A stretch of DNA of 64,000 nt from Alphaproteobacteria bacterium (GTDB lineage: Bacteria > Pseudomonadota > Alphaproteobacteria > UBA828): positions 608,001 through 672,000 of the forward strand of contig CBDEFM010000002.1 of assembly GCA_965237415.1 (NCBI GenBank). Direction: 5' to 3'. Position numbers and translations under genes: made by a program. Under the pieces are notes generated by a model that ran no database searches, was not told the origin of the DNA, and worked only from the letters and a program-made list of their open reading frames with translations. Of this stretch, positions 10,060-19,838 are shown piece by piece. The first letter of the stretch is position 1. Each line of letters starts with the position of its first letter.

Positions 10060-10177
10060 CTTACCCCTCAGGCGCCGGGCGCTCGCTCCGCTCGCTTGGC
10101 TACGCGCCAGAGGCGCGGCGCGCGTTCGCGCGCTCCGGGCCGCTTTGCGGCCCGGCCCTCAGGTACCAGGGGCTAAG
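10060..10177. repeat. REP/MITE-like multi-hairpin element between convergent genes
   Basis: Imperfect terminal inverted repeat CTTACCCCT...AGGGGCTAAG, internal CCCTCAGG twice, hairpins GGGCCGC-TTT-GCGGCCC and GCGCG-CGTT-CGCGC. Confidence 0.4.
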
Positions 10178-11006
10178 CGCCCGCCGGCCACACGAGCGGG
10201 AACTCGGGATCGTCCAGAGGATCGCCGTCGCGTAGCCGTCGGTGGGCCTCGGGGAACGGCGGCGAGACCTCGCCGGGGCGCACCTTGAAGCGCACGTCGT
10301 CGCCCACCCAGCGGTGAACGAAGGCGCGCCGCCGCGCAGACGCCGATGCGTTGCCGGGCGCGCCGTGGACGGTCAGGAAGTGGAAGGCAATGGCGTCGCC
10401 CGGCGCCATGTCGAACGAGACGATCTCGAACTCGTCGCGGCGTGCATCGATGTCCGGCATGGTGTCCAGCGCCTCGCCCTCGCGCTGGTAGTCGACGCCG
10501 ACGAATTTCTTGGGCATGAACGACTTACCCCACCGGTGCGAGCCCGCGACAAGCTCCAGGCAGATCGCGCGCGGGACGGGGTCCAGCGCGGTCCAGAAGC
10601 TCACCGTCTGCGTCCCGTCGATGCAGTAGTAGGGAAGGTCGTGGTGCCAGGGCGTGCGTGACTCGGTCTGCGGTTCCTTGACCAGCACATGCTCGTGGAA
10701 GAAGCGCGCTGTGCTCGATGCCATGAGCCGGGTGGCCAGCGCCGCCGCGTGCGAGTGAAGCACGAAGTCTCGATATTCGGGGATGCGCGCCCAGTTGCAG
10801 TAATCGCCGAAGAAGTAGCCCTTCGAACCCTCCGGCTCGTATTCCCTCTTGTAGACGCCGGGCGCGCGCATGTTGCGCTCGACGCCGGCGCGGAGGACAT
10901 CGAGCCAGTCGGCAAACGCGCCTGCGAGGTGGACGACGCCGTCGTGCTGGAACGTCTGGGCAGTCGCGCCGTCTTCGATTGCGTATCCGGTGTCTGTCAG
11001 CGTCAT
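10173..11006 (-). CDS. Phytanoyl-CoA dioxygenase (PhyH) family Fe/2OG dioxygenase
   Basis: TPWHHD, SFWTALD, GSHRW, PGDAIAFHFLTVHGA. Confidence 0.9.
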   Translation of the reverse strand: MTLTDTGYAIEDGATAQTFQHDGVVHLAGAFADWLDVLRAGVERNMRAPGVYKREYEPEGSKGYFFGDYCNWARIPEYRDFVLHSHAAALATRLMASSTARFFHEHVLVKEPQTESRTPWHHDLPYYCIDGTQTVSFWTALDPVPRAICLELVAGSHRWGKSFMPKKFVGVDYQREGEALDTMPDIDARRDEFEIVSFDMAPGDAIAFHFLTVHGAPGNASASARRRAFVHRWVGDDVRFKVRPGEVSPPFPEAHRRLRDGDPLDDPEFPLVWPAGA

Positions 11007-11049
11007 GCGCGCCTCCGGCACCCGTCCAGACGCGTGCGCCGCGCGGAGG

Positions 11050-11976
11050 TCAGAAGTTGACCTGATCGCCGCCCTTGAGGCCGAGCATGTCACGCGCCTC
11101 CGCAGGGGTCGCGACCTCGAGGGAGAGTTCCTCGACGATGCGCCTGGCCTTGGCCACCTGGGCGGCGTTGGAGGGCGCGAGCTCCCCCTTGCCGATAAAG
11201 AGGCTGTCCTCCAGCCCCACGCGGATGTTGCCGCCCATCATCGCGCCCATGGTGACGAAGCTCATCTGATGGCGGCCGGCGGCCAGGATCGACCAGCGGT
11301 AGTCGTCGCCGAAGAGCTTGTTGGCGATGCGCCGCATGTGCATCAGGTTCTCGTGGTCGGCGCCGATGCCGCCCAGGATGCCGAAGATGGTCTGCACGAA
11401 GAGCGGCGGCTTGACCAGGCCGCGGTCGACAAAATGGGCCAGGTTGTAGAGGTGGCCGATGTCGTAGCACTCGAACTCGAAGCGCACGCCGTGGCCTTCA
11501 CCTAAATCCTTCATGATGTATTCTATATCTTTGAATGTATTCCTGAAAATGAAGTCCTTCGTGCCCTCAAGATGGGGTTTCTCCCAGTCGTACTTGAAGC
11601 TCTTGTAGCGGTTCAGCATCGGGTAGATGCCGAAGTTCATGGAGCCCATGTTGAGTGAGGTCATCTCCGGGCTCGCCCGGCGCGGCGCGGCGAGGCGCTC
11701 GTCGAGGGTCATGCCGAGCCCGCCGCCGGTGGTGATGTTGATGACCGCGTCCGACTGTTGCTTGATGCGCGGCAGGAAGGCCATGAAGACGTCGGGGTCG
11801 GGCGTCGGCCGGCCGTCGTTCGGGTCGCGCGCATGCAGGTGGAGGATCGAGGCGCCGGCCTCGGCGGCCGCCACGCCGTCGGTCGCGATTTCGTCTGGCG
11901 TAATCGGCAGGTGCGGCGACATGGTGGGGGTATGGATCGACCCCGTGACCGCGCAGGTGATGATGACTTTGCTCAT
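11050..11976 (-). CDS. Beta-keto acid cleavage enzyme (BKACE/Kce family)
   Basis: KVIITCAVTG, HLHAR, NITTGG, SLNMGSMNF, EFECYD, RVGLED. Confidence 0.92.
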   Translation of the reverse strand: MSKVIITCAVTGSIHTPTMSPHLPITPDEIATDGVAAAEAGASILHLHARDPNDGRPTPDPDVFMAFLPRIKQQSDAVINITTGGGLGMTLDERLAAPRRASPEMTSLNMGSMNFGIYPMLNRYKSFKYDWEKPHLEGTKDFIFRNTFKDIEYIMKDLGEGHGVRFEFECYDIGHLYNLAHFVDRGLVKPPLFVQTIFGILGGIGADHENLMHMRRIANKLFGDDYRWSILAAGRHQMSFVTMGAMMGGNIRVGLEDSLFIGKGELAPSNAAQVAKARRIVEELSLEVATPAEARDMLGLKGGDQVNF

Positions 11977-12180
11977 GGCCCGTGGACTCCCGCTCGTGCT
12001 CGACGCGCGCCCTACCGGCGGCTGCGACGGTTCTACCCGCCCGCCACCGGCCTCGACAAGCGTCGCGGCCCTGGCGGGGTGGAGACTCTCGGCTGGGCCA
12101 GTCGAAGCGTAGCCCGTTCAGGAACGTGCAGGGGGCCTCAGTGCAATACCCGATCGCCGCGTATCGGCGATCGTCAATTT

Positions 12181-12217
12181 GTGGGGGCGTACCCGGCGTC
12201 GCCGGACACGCCCCCAC
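12181..12217. terminator. Strong hairpin downstream of the sugar ABC operon
   Basis: GTGGGGGCGT...ACGCCCCCAC stem; no clear U-tract. Confidence 0.4.
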
Positions 12218-12250
12218 TATCGACTCTTATTCACACGTTGCGAACGCAGC

Positions 12251-13258
12251 TCAGCGGATGCCCGCCTCGATCTCCGGGATGAGCTGGTCGATGTTGCCCG
12301 GTGTCACCAGCCCGATGCCGGTATCGATGTCGAGACCCGGAATGGCGTAGGTCGAGGACAGGACGCACTGAACCACCGGCAGGAAGCCCTGCAGAAAGAG
12401 GTTCTGGTCGAACAGGACTTGGACATAGCCCTCCTGCACGGCCTCGACGGCGGCGGGGACGATGTCGTAACCCGCACCGAAGACCTCGCCCGGCTCCTTG
12501 CCCGCTTCTTTCAATGCCTTGCCCAGGAATCCGGTCACCGTACCGTGCGAGGTGATGATCGCCTTCACATCCGGGTTGCGCTCGATGTAGGCGACGAGGA
12601 TCGGCACGGCGAGCGACGGGTCGCCGTTCACTTCGGGGCTGATCTCGATGTAGTCGATCGTCATGTTGTTTTCTTCGTAAACGTCGAGAGCGCCGCGCTC
12701 GAGCTTGCCGCGCTCATCCTGCGAGAGCAGGCCGTAGACCATGACGCGGTCGCCCTCCTTGAGACCCGCGCTCTTGATCGTCGCCCCCGCGACGAGCCGG
12801 CCGGAGCGGTAGTTGTCCATGCCGACGAAGCCGAACCCCGATTGGCGGTACTCGTTGAAGAGCTCGCTGAGCTGGGAGTTGCCGCTCGTCAGCACGATGC
12901 CGCGCTCGCGGGCTTCAGCGGCCAGATCCCAGAAGGCGTCGTTGCCGGGATGCCCCATGATCTCGACGCAATCCGGACCGGCCGCCAAGGCTTCCTTGAA
13001 CTGGTCGATCATCTTGTCGGGCTGCCAGGAGGAATACTGCTCCCGCAGGTCGACGCCGAACGCTTCCGCCGCGGCGCGCGCGCCGTTGGTCCGCGCCAGC
13101 GTGGCGCCGCCGCCGGGGTTCCCGCCCATCTGGAAATACATCACCAGGCCCTCGCCGATGGCGGCGGCCTGACTCTGCGTTGCGGCACCGGCCGCGAACA
13201 ACGCGCACGCCGCGACAGCGACGGCGCCTAGATACTTGCGTGATCCGGTCATTCTCAT
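12251..13258 (-). CDS. Sugar (CUT2) ABC transporter substrate-binding protein
   Basis: Signal peptide, class I periplasmic binding fold (GFVGMDNY, GYD, DQNLFLQG, IDTG). Confidence 0.88.
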   Translation of the reverse strand: MRMTGSRKYLGAVAVAACALFAAGAATQSQAAAIGEGLVMYFQMGGNPGGGATLARTNGARAAAEAFGVDLREQYSSWQPDKMIDQFKEALAAGPDCVEIMGHPGNDAFWDLAAEARERGIVLTSGNSQLSELFNEYRQSGFGFVGMDNYRSGRLVAGATIKSAGLKEGDRVMVYGLLSQDERGKLERGALDVYEENNMTIDYIEISPEVNGDPSLAVPILVAYIERNPDVKAIITSHGTVTGFLGKALKEAGKEPGEVFGAGYDIVPAAVEAVQEGYVQVLFDQNLFLQGFLPVVQCVLSSTYAIPGLDIDTGIGLVTPGNIDQLIPEIEAGIR

Positions 13259-13360
13259 CTCCCTTTGCTTGCGGGTTACAACATAGACAATGTCACCGCG
13301 CTTGATTCTGAAACAGCGTTAGCGCGGGGTGGTACGGGCGCGCCGCGCCCCTCAGATCGC

Positions 13361-14458
13361 TCAGGGCGGCTTTGTGTTCCGTGGCGGTCGGTCGCCTTCC
13401 GTGGCGCCGAGGCCGCCCATCCCGACGATCCGCCCGATCCCGGCCAGTCCCTTCGGCTTCTCCACGGCAAGGTGGAACGTGACGGCCGCCAGGAACACGA
13501 GACCGACGACGAGGCGCGTCCAGAAGCCGCTGATTCCGCTGCCTACGACCCCCGCCTCCACGGACCCGACGATGAAGCAGCCGAAGACGGTGCCCACGAT
13601 GCTGCCCCTGCCGCCGCTGATCGAGGTCCCGCCGATGAACACGGCGGCGAGAGCGACCAGCAGCAAGCCTGTGCCCTGGGTCGTAAAGAAATTCTTGTTT
13701 TCCAGGGTCAGTATGACGCCCGACAAGGCGCCGAGCACGCCCATCAACGTGAACAACTTGATCCGTTCCCGGTCGACTTTGACGCCGACCACGCGTGCCA
13801 CGTTGGCGTTGTCGCCGATGAACAGCAGGTGCTCACCGAAGCGGTGGCGGTTCAGGATGAACCACATCAACACGGCCAGCCCGATGGCCCAGAAGAATTG
13901 AACCGGCACCGCTCCGACCCGGCCCGTCAGGACATCGTAGATGACGTAGTCCTTGATGCCGCGGATATTGTGGCTCAGCCCGCCCGAGGAGACGACCGTC
14001 GCGCCCTCCCAGACAAAGAGGGTCGCAAGTGTAGCGATGATCGAGGGTATGCCGATGCGCACCACGAGGAGACCGTTCAGGAATCCGATCAGGCCGCCGA
14101 CGAAGATCGCCGCGAAGAAGGCGCCCAACACCAGAAGGTCATGCTTGTCGGCCATGTCTTCATCGAGTGGGAAGACACCGAACTTGGTGATCAGCACGAA
14201 TATCAGGCCGGAAACCTTCAGAACGGAGGGGAAGGAGAGGTCGATTTCGCCGGCGGCGATGACAAAAGTGAGACCCAGGCCGAGAATGAGCGGTGGCACG
14301 ACCGTGCTGGCGAGCGTCGTGTAAATGCGATAGCCGAGAAAGCTCTCGGGTGCTGAAATCATGAAGGCGCCGATCACGGCGACGAACGCCATGACGACCG
14401 GCAGGCCTTCGAATCGCGTCCATACCGTCTGATGGCTCTTCAGCTCAGCTCTCGGCAT
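13361..14458 (-). CDS. Sugar ABC transporter permease
   Basis: GEIDLSF, IPSIIATL, AAVFIGGTSISGGRG. Confidence 0.9.
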   Translation of the reverse strand: MPRAELKSHQTVWTRFEGLPVVMAFVAVIGAFMISAPESFLGYRIYTTLASTVVPPLILGLGLTFVIAAGEIDLSFPSVLKVSGLIFVLITKFGVFPLDEDMADKHDLLVLGAFFAAIFVGGLIGFLNGLLVVRIGIPSIIATLATLFVWEGATVVSSGGLSHNIRGIKDYVIYDVLTGRVGAVPVQFFWAIGLAVLMWFILNRHRFGEHLLFIGDNANVARVVGVKVDRERIKLFTLMGVLGALSGVILTLENKNFFTTQGTGLLLVALAAVFIGGTSISGGRGSIVGTVFGCFIVGSVEAGVVGSGISGFWTRLVVGLVFLAAVTFHLAVEKPKGLAGIGRIVGMGGLGATEGDRPPRNTKPP

Positions 14459-15239
14459 GTTCGCGCTCGGTCTGGAGCTCGATGAGGAAGGACGTCAGAT
14501 CGGCGACCGACATGTCTCCCCGTTGAACCTCGTTGACGATGGTGCCGCGGTCCATGATGACGATACGGTCTGAGACGGCGTGCACGTGGGCGAGGTTGTG
14601 CTCGATGTAGAGGCAGGCGCGCCCGGAGGTCTTGATGTCATCGACGAACTCCAGGACCTTGCGTACCTCCTTCACACCAAGCGCTGCCGTCGGCTCGTCG
14701 AGCAGAATGAGGTCGGCGTTGAAGTGCATGGCGCGGCCGATGGCGATGCCCTGCCTCTCCCCGCCCGAAAGGTCGCCCACGGTGGTGTCGACCGTGATAC
14801 CGGCACCGCGAAATCCGATCGACTTGAGAAGAATCTCCTGAGCGAGTTCCTTCTGCTTGCGGACGTCGATGAAGCCGAGGCGATTGGTGATCTGACGGCC
14901 GACGAAGAAGTTGCGCCACAGCGGCTGTTTCTCGCAGAGCGAGCGTTCCTGGTGGACTGTCTCAATACCGTACTGATGTGCCCTGAAGACCGAATAGTCT
15001 TGCAGGCCGACCTCCCGGTCGCGGATGTAGAGGCTGCCCGCGCTCGGTCTCAACACGCCGGTTATGATCTTGATGAGCGTCGATTTGCCGGCGCCGTTGT
15101 CGCCGATCAGTCCCACGATCTCGTTGCGGCCGACGCTCAGGTCCACGCCGGTGAGCGCACCGACATTACCGAACCACATCTCGATGCCTTCGGCACGGAG
15201 GGCGTTCTCGAAGTCTTGACCGCCTCTGTCCACCGGCAC
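14445..15239 (-). CDS. Sugar ABC transporter ATP-binding protein (single domain)
   Basis: GDNGAGKST, LSGGERQ, LLDEPT; start uncertain (GTG 15239). Confidence 0.88.
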   Translation of the reverse strand: MPVDRGGQDFENALRAEGIEMWFGNVGALTGVDLSVGRNEIVGLIGDNGAGKSTLIKIITGVLRPSAGSLYIRDREVGLQDYSVFRAHQYGIETVHQERSLCEKQPLWRNFFVGRQITNRLGFIDVRKQKELAQEILLKSIGFRGAGITVDTTVGDLSGGERQGIAIGRAMHFNADLILLDEPTAALGVKEVRKVLEFVDDIKTSGRACLYIEHNLAHVHAVSDRIVIMDRGTIVNEVQRGDMSVADLTSFLIELQTEREHAES

Positions 15240-15355
15240 CTTTGCTTTCTTTGGCTCTGCCGAATACCCGGGCGCGCGAGTAGACCACTTGTTGTCGACG
15301 AAGCAAAGTTGGCGGGGATGGAGGGGGACCGGACGCACGCGGTGTCCGGGGACAC

Positions 15356-16519
15356 TCAGAGCAGGGTGTTGAGCAGCGTGTGGAGCGTGGCTTTGCGCTC
15401 GAAGCCCGCACCGGGTGCGTCGCCGAGCCGGACCCGGCCGTCCTCCACCGGGGTGTCGTCGGCGAAACCGCCGAAGGGTTGAAAGACACCCGGATACGAC
15501 TCGCAACCGCCGAGTGAGAGGCCGCCGGCGGTGCTGAGCGCCAGCAGGTTGCCGCCATGGGGCAGGAAACGCCGCGGCGACCAGCCTTCCGCCGCCATCA
15601 TCGCGACGATATCGATGGTCTCGCCGACGCCGTACGCGAGCGCCGGGTCGAACTGCACATAGTCCAGTTCCCGGCGCATGCCGCCGAAGCGCAGCAGGTT
15701 GCGCGCATCCTGCAGCGAAAGCAGGTTCTCACCGGTCGCAATCGCGCCGGGATAGGCCGCGGCCACCGCCGCATTGAGGGGAAAATCGAGCGGGTCGCCC
15801 GGCTCCTCGTACCAGGCGAGGCCGTAAGCGCTCATCGCGTCTGCGTAGCGGAGCGCGGTCTCCTCATCGAAGCGACCGTTCGCGTCCACTGCGAGCCGCG
15901 CGCCGTCGCCGCCGAGCAACGCCAGAACCGCCTCGATCCTTGCGAGGTCGTCGTCGAGGGAAGCACCGCCGATCTTCATCTTGACCTGCGTGTAGCCCTC
16001 GCCCAGATAGCGCCGCATCTCGGCGACGAGGCCGTCCGTGCCCTTATCGGGGTCGTAATAGCCGCCCGCGGCGTAGACCGGGATGTGGCGCTCGGGCGTG
16101 GGGTTGCCGGCGTCCTCGGCAATCATCGCCCAGAGCGGCATGTCGCGGATCTTGGCGGCGGCATCCCAGACGGCAATCTCAAGCGCGGCAACCGCGACCG
16201 CGCGCTCGCCGTGGCCGCCGGGTTTTTCGTTCCGCATCATCAGGCGGCGGATGGCGCGGGGGTCGAGCGTGCCGCCGTCCGCCGTCGCGTGCTCCTCCGG
16301 CGCCTCCAGCACCCGCGGCACGAGCCGTTCGCGGATCACAGCACTCTGGGCGTAGCGGCCATTGGCGTTGAAGCCGAAGCCCACCACCGGCTCTCCACCG
16401 CGCACGACGTCAGTGACGACCGCGACCGCGCTCACGGTCATCTTGCTGAAGTCGATGACGGCGTTACGCATCGGCGCGCCCATGGGCACGGCGATGTCGC
16501 GGATTTCCACGATCCTCAT
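15356..16519 (-). CDS. tarD: Enolase superfamily dehydratase, D-tartrate dehydratase-like
   Basis: NAVIDFSKMT, NGRY, NEKPGGHGER, YAAGGYY, KMKIGG, DANGRF, PHGG match the TarD subgroup of mandelate racemase/MLE. Confidence 0.75.
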   Translation of the reverse strand: MRIVEIRDIAVPMGAPMRNAVIDFSKMTVSAVAVVTDVVRGGEPVVGFGFNANGRYAQSAVIRERLVPRVLEAPEEHATADGGTLDPRAIRRLMMRNEKPGGHGERAVAVAALEIAVWDAAAKIRDMPLWAMIAEDAGNPTPERHIPVYAAGGYYDPDKGTDGLVAEMRRYLGEGYTQVKMKIGGASLDDDLARIEAVLALLGGDGARLAVDANGRFDEETALRYADAMSAYGLAWYEEPGDPLDFPLNAAVAAAYPGAIATGENLLSLQDARNLLRFGGMRRELDYVQFDPALAYGVGETIDIVAMMAAEGWSPRRFLPHGGNLLALSTAGGLSLGGCESYPGVFQPFGGFADDTPVEDGRVRLGDAPGAGFERKATLHTLLNTLL

Positions 16520-16532
16520 GGCTTCCCGCCGT

Positions 16533-17526
16533 TTACCCGTGCGGAGCCAACGAGTCCTCGGTGCAGAGCGCGGCGATCCGCCGTCGCTCAGCTTGGGCCT
16601 CGCTCACCGAGACCTGTCGGAAGCGATAAGTCTCGTTCGGCCGGGACTGGCCGAGCTTCCACCAGGCGCAGGTGGGCACCGTGTAGGGGTTGATGAAGCC
16701 GCCCAGCGTCAGCGTGTCCACCATCAGGATGATGGGCGTCTGGCCGCAGAGGTTGATCGCGCCGATGGGATAGCCGTGGTCGATCACGTTGGAGGGATGC
16801 TCGCCGTTCTCCGGCGCCTTGTCCGTCGCCTTCTCGGTGAAGGTCCAGTCCGGCCCTTCGAGGCGGAAGCCGACGCGGTTGCTCTTGGGGGACAGGCGCC
16901 AGTCGCTCTTCAGGAAGCGCCGCTGGCCGGCTTCGTCGATCCAGTCGTCGTTGGGGCCGGCGACCACCTCGATCTCCCACACGCCGCCGGCAGGGGCGGG
17001 CGGGCGGGCACCGTCCTTAAGCCTGCGGCCGGGCACGGCTTCTGCCGGAGTGAGCGGGATCGTCTGATCTGCCTTGAGCGCTGCGCCGTCCAGGCCTCCG
17101 CAGGCGCCGATGACGAAGGTCGCGCAGGAGCCGAGAAAGGGCACCACATCGATGCCGCCGGCGAAGGCGATATAAGTGCGCGCGCCGGTGACGGCGGAAC
17201 CCAGCGCCAGGGTCTGCCTGGCACGCACACGCGCGCTTTCCCAGAGCGGCAGGGCGTCCCCGTCGAGGGTGGCCTTCATGTCCGCGCCCGTGAGCGCGAT
17301 GACCGTATCCCGCTCGAAGCGCAGCACCGGCCCGATGAAGGCGCATTCGAGCGCGGCATTCGAGCGCGGCTGCGCCCGGCGCATTACCGACCAGGATGTT
17401 GGCCAGGCGGAACGACCAGTGGTCGATGGGGCCTGAGGGCGGGAAGCCCATGCCGAAGGCGCCCTTGCGGCCGGGATAGTCCTGCACCGTGGTCTCGAGC
17501 CCGCCCTTGATAACGGTAACAGCCAT
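16533..17526 (-). pseudogene. Frameshifted carboxyltransferase (PxpC / allophanate hydrolase subunit 2-like)
   Basis: N-terminus MAVTVIKGGLETTVQDYPGR...AALEC is in one frame and the remainder AFIGP...GPNDDW...GGF in another; break caused by a 13-bp tandem duplication. Confidence 0.85.
17343..17368. repeat. 13-bp perfect tandem duplication GCATTCGAGCGCG
   Basis: 17343-17355 is identical to 17356-17368. Confidence 0.95.
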
Positions 17527-17528
17527 CT

Positions 17529-18398
17529 TCAGAACCGCTCGCTCGCATCGAGGGAGGCGGCCCACGCCTTGTATTCGCGGACCGAGAAGCGCTGGTAGCC
17601 GGTCACGTTGAAGGCGTAGGTGCCGTCGGCCACCCGGCGCTCGATGTACTCGAACTCCTCCAGCTCGACGGGCACGAACTTGACCCGGTCGGCGGCGTCC
17701 AGCAGCACCACGCGGTCGCGGTAGGCGGGGAGTCTGGCCTGTTTGTCCCAGAGCGGCACGGGGGTCCGGCCGATCAGGTTGTAGCCGCCTGGCCCCGGCG
17801 TCGTGTAAATCGAGGTGGAGAGCCCGCCGACACCGATGGCGCCCAAGGTAGTCCAGGTGCGCGGCGGGTTGTACTTGGGCGAGGTGATGGCGCAGCGCGG
17901 GTCCAGCGCGACCATCAGCGGCAGGCCCGGCGTGGAGCAGACGGCGACCACCCAATGCTCGGTCCCGGAATGGACACGCACGAGCTGAGCAGAATCCTCC
18001 AACCCGTTGATACGGGCGACGAAGTCAGGGTCGCCGTCGCGCGGTGCGATGCGCTGGGCGTAGTCCTCGACGCAGGCCTTGGTCCAGGGATCGCGGTACA
18101 TGACGGGCAGGTAGGCGAGTCTGCTTTCAAGCTCCAGATCCTCGACCGAGCCGAGGCCCTCGATCAGGCGACGCAATTCCTGTTGGAGGTCGTCCAGGCC
18201 GATCCTGTCCGGGTCGTACTCGACCACCACGGAGTTGTAGGAGGGGTTGGTGTCGATCACGCCCGTGGTGCGGTCCTCCCGCAATGCCGCCGTGAGCCCG
18301 AGCGCCATGAAGTTGAGGTCGATCCGCGCATCGTCGCCGAACTGCGCGAGTACGAAGGTGTCGCCGCCGGGCAGGAATCGCGGCTCGTCGTAGATCAC
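17529..18398 (-). CDS. Carboxyltransferase domain protein (PxpB / allophanate hydrolase subunit 1-like)
   Basis: PKYNPPRTWT, PGGYNLIGRTP, DRVKF. Confidence 0.85.
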   Translation of the reverse strand: MIYDEPRFLPGGDTFVLAQFGDDARIDLNFMALGLTAALREDRTTGVIDTNPSYNSVVVEYDPDRIGLDDLQQELRRLIEGLGSVEDLELESRLAYLPVMYRDPWTKACVEDYAQRIAPRDGDPDFVARINGLEDSAQLVRVHSGTEHWVVAVCSTPGLPLMVALDPRCAITSPKYNPPRTWTTLGAIGVGGLSTSIYTTPGPGGYNLIGRTPVPLWDKQARLPAYRDRVVLLDAADRVKFVPVELEEFEYIERRVADGTYAFNVTGYQRFSVREYKAWAASLDASERF

Positions 18399-19378
18399 CG
18401 GGCGTCTTCCAGGCTGGACTCGGCACAGAGCGCGTCGATGGCGCGCCGGGCCGCCTGCGCGTCTGCGACCGAGACGAGGTGGAAGCGGTAGGTGTCGTTC
18501 GGTTTCGACTGGGCGAGCTTCCAGAAGGTCGCCGACGGCACCGTGTAGGGGTTGATGAAACCGCCGGCCGACGGCCCGTCATTGACCAGGATGATCGGCG
18601 TCTGGCCGCAGAGGTTCACGGCGCCCACGGGATAGCCGTGGTCCAGGATGTTGGAGGGATGCTCACCGTGCTCAGGCCCTTTGTCGGTGGCGCGAGCGGC
18701 AAAGGTCCACTCGGGGCCGGAGAGGCGGTAGCCGGTGCGGTTGCTGCGGGCCTGGAGCGTCCAGTCGCTCTCCAGGAACATGCGCTGCCCCGCCTCGTCG
18801 ATCCAGTCGTCGTTGGGGCCGGCGACGACCTCGATCCGCCAGCTATTCTCCAAGGGGATGGACGGTCGGCAGTCCAGGCGCACACGGCGGCCCGATCTGG
18901 CGTCACCGGCGCAGGCGCCGAGAGGCAGGCGCTGACCCTCCTTCACCGCGTGGCCTTCCATGCCGCCCACGCCGGCCATGTGGAAGGTCGAGCGCGAGCC
19001 CAGCACCGGTGCCGTGTCGATGCCGTCACTTGCGGCCAGATAGGCGCGGGCGCCCGTGCGCGCGAACCCTGTCTCCAGCACCGCGCCGGCGGGGACGGCG
19101 ACGCTCTCCCACTGCGGTATAGGAACGCCATCGAGCTTCGGCGCCATCGTAGCGCCGGTGAGCGCGATCACCGCCGCGCGCTCGAATCGGAGCGTGGGCC
19201 CGAGGAATTGGATCTCCAGCCCCGCGGCTTCCTGCGCATTGCCGACCAGCAGGTTGGCCAGGCGGAAGGACCACATGTCGAAGGGTCCAGACGGCGGAAA
19301 ACCCTGCTCCCAGAAGCCGTAGCGGCCGGGAAAATCCTGCACGCAGGTCTCAAGCCCGGCCTTGATCACCTCGATCAT
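18395..19378 (-). CDS. Carboxyltransferase family protein (PxpC-like)
   Basis: VQDFPGR, PPSGPFD, ANLLVGN, GARAY, SNRTGYRL, DGPSAGGF. Confidence 0.88.
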   Translation of the reverse strand: MIEVIKAGLETCVQDFPGRYGFWEQGFPPSGPFDMWSFRLANLLVGNAQEAAGLEIQFLGPTLRFERAAVIALTGATMAPKLDGVPIPQWESVAVPAGAVLETGFARTGARAYLAASDGIDTAPVLGSRSTFHMAGVGGMEGHAVKEGQRLPLGACAGDARSGRRVRLDCRPSIPLENSWRIEVVAGPNDDWIDEAGQRMFLESDWTLQARSNRTGYRLSGPEWTFAARATDKGPEHGEHPSNILDHGYPVGAVNLCGQTPIILVNDGPSAGGFINPYTVPSATFWKLAQSKPNDTYRFHLVSVADAQAARRAIDALCAESSLEDAR

Positions 19379-19613
19379 GGCTGCCGTCCGTCCCGCGCTT
19401 CCCTCATGGCTGGACGCGTTCCGGCGATTCGTGGCTATCGGTCATGCGTGGTCCCGTTCTCCGCACGCCGTCATCCTGCGACCAGCCGATGTCTGGAACA
19501 ACCCCGCTCCGACGAGCGTTCGGCCGCTACGCCGTGGCCATCACCGGGCGGCGCCATCTATGATGTTCTCCAAGAACGAATTCGCGTCGGCGCGGACCGG
19601 AGGAGCAAGCACC

Positions 19614-19838
19614 ATGGACTCCAAGACCCTGCAGGAGGCGGCCCTGAGCCTGCCGCCCGACGAAAGGGCGGCGCTCGCCGAAAAGCTTCTGTCGAGTCTC
19701 GATGAGCCGTCCGAAGCCGAGCTCGAGCGAATCTGGCTTTCGGAGGCGGCCCGCCGCGCCCGCGAACTCGACCGCGGGGATGTGCAAGGGATTTCCGAAG
19801 AGGATGTGCGGCGGAAGGCGCGGTCGCTCCTGCGGTGA
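19614..19838 (+). CDS. Addiction module antitoxin component
   Basis: ALSLPPDERAALAEKLLSSLD...W..EAARR pattern; GGAGG RBS; stop overlaps the toxin start (GTGA). Confidence 0.82.
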   Translation: MDSKTLQEAALSLPPDERAALAEKLLSSLDEPSEAELERIWLSEAARRARELDRGDVQGISEEDVRRKARSLLR

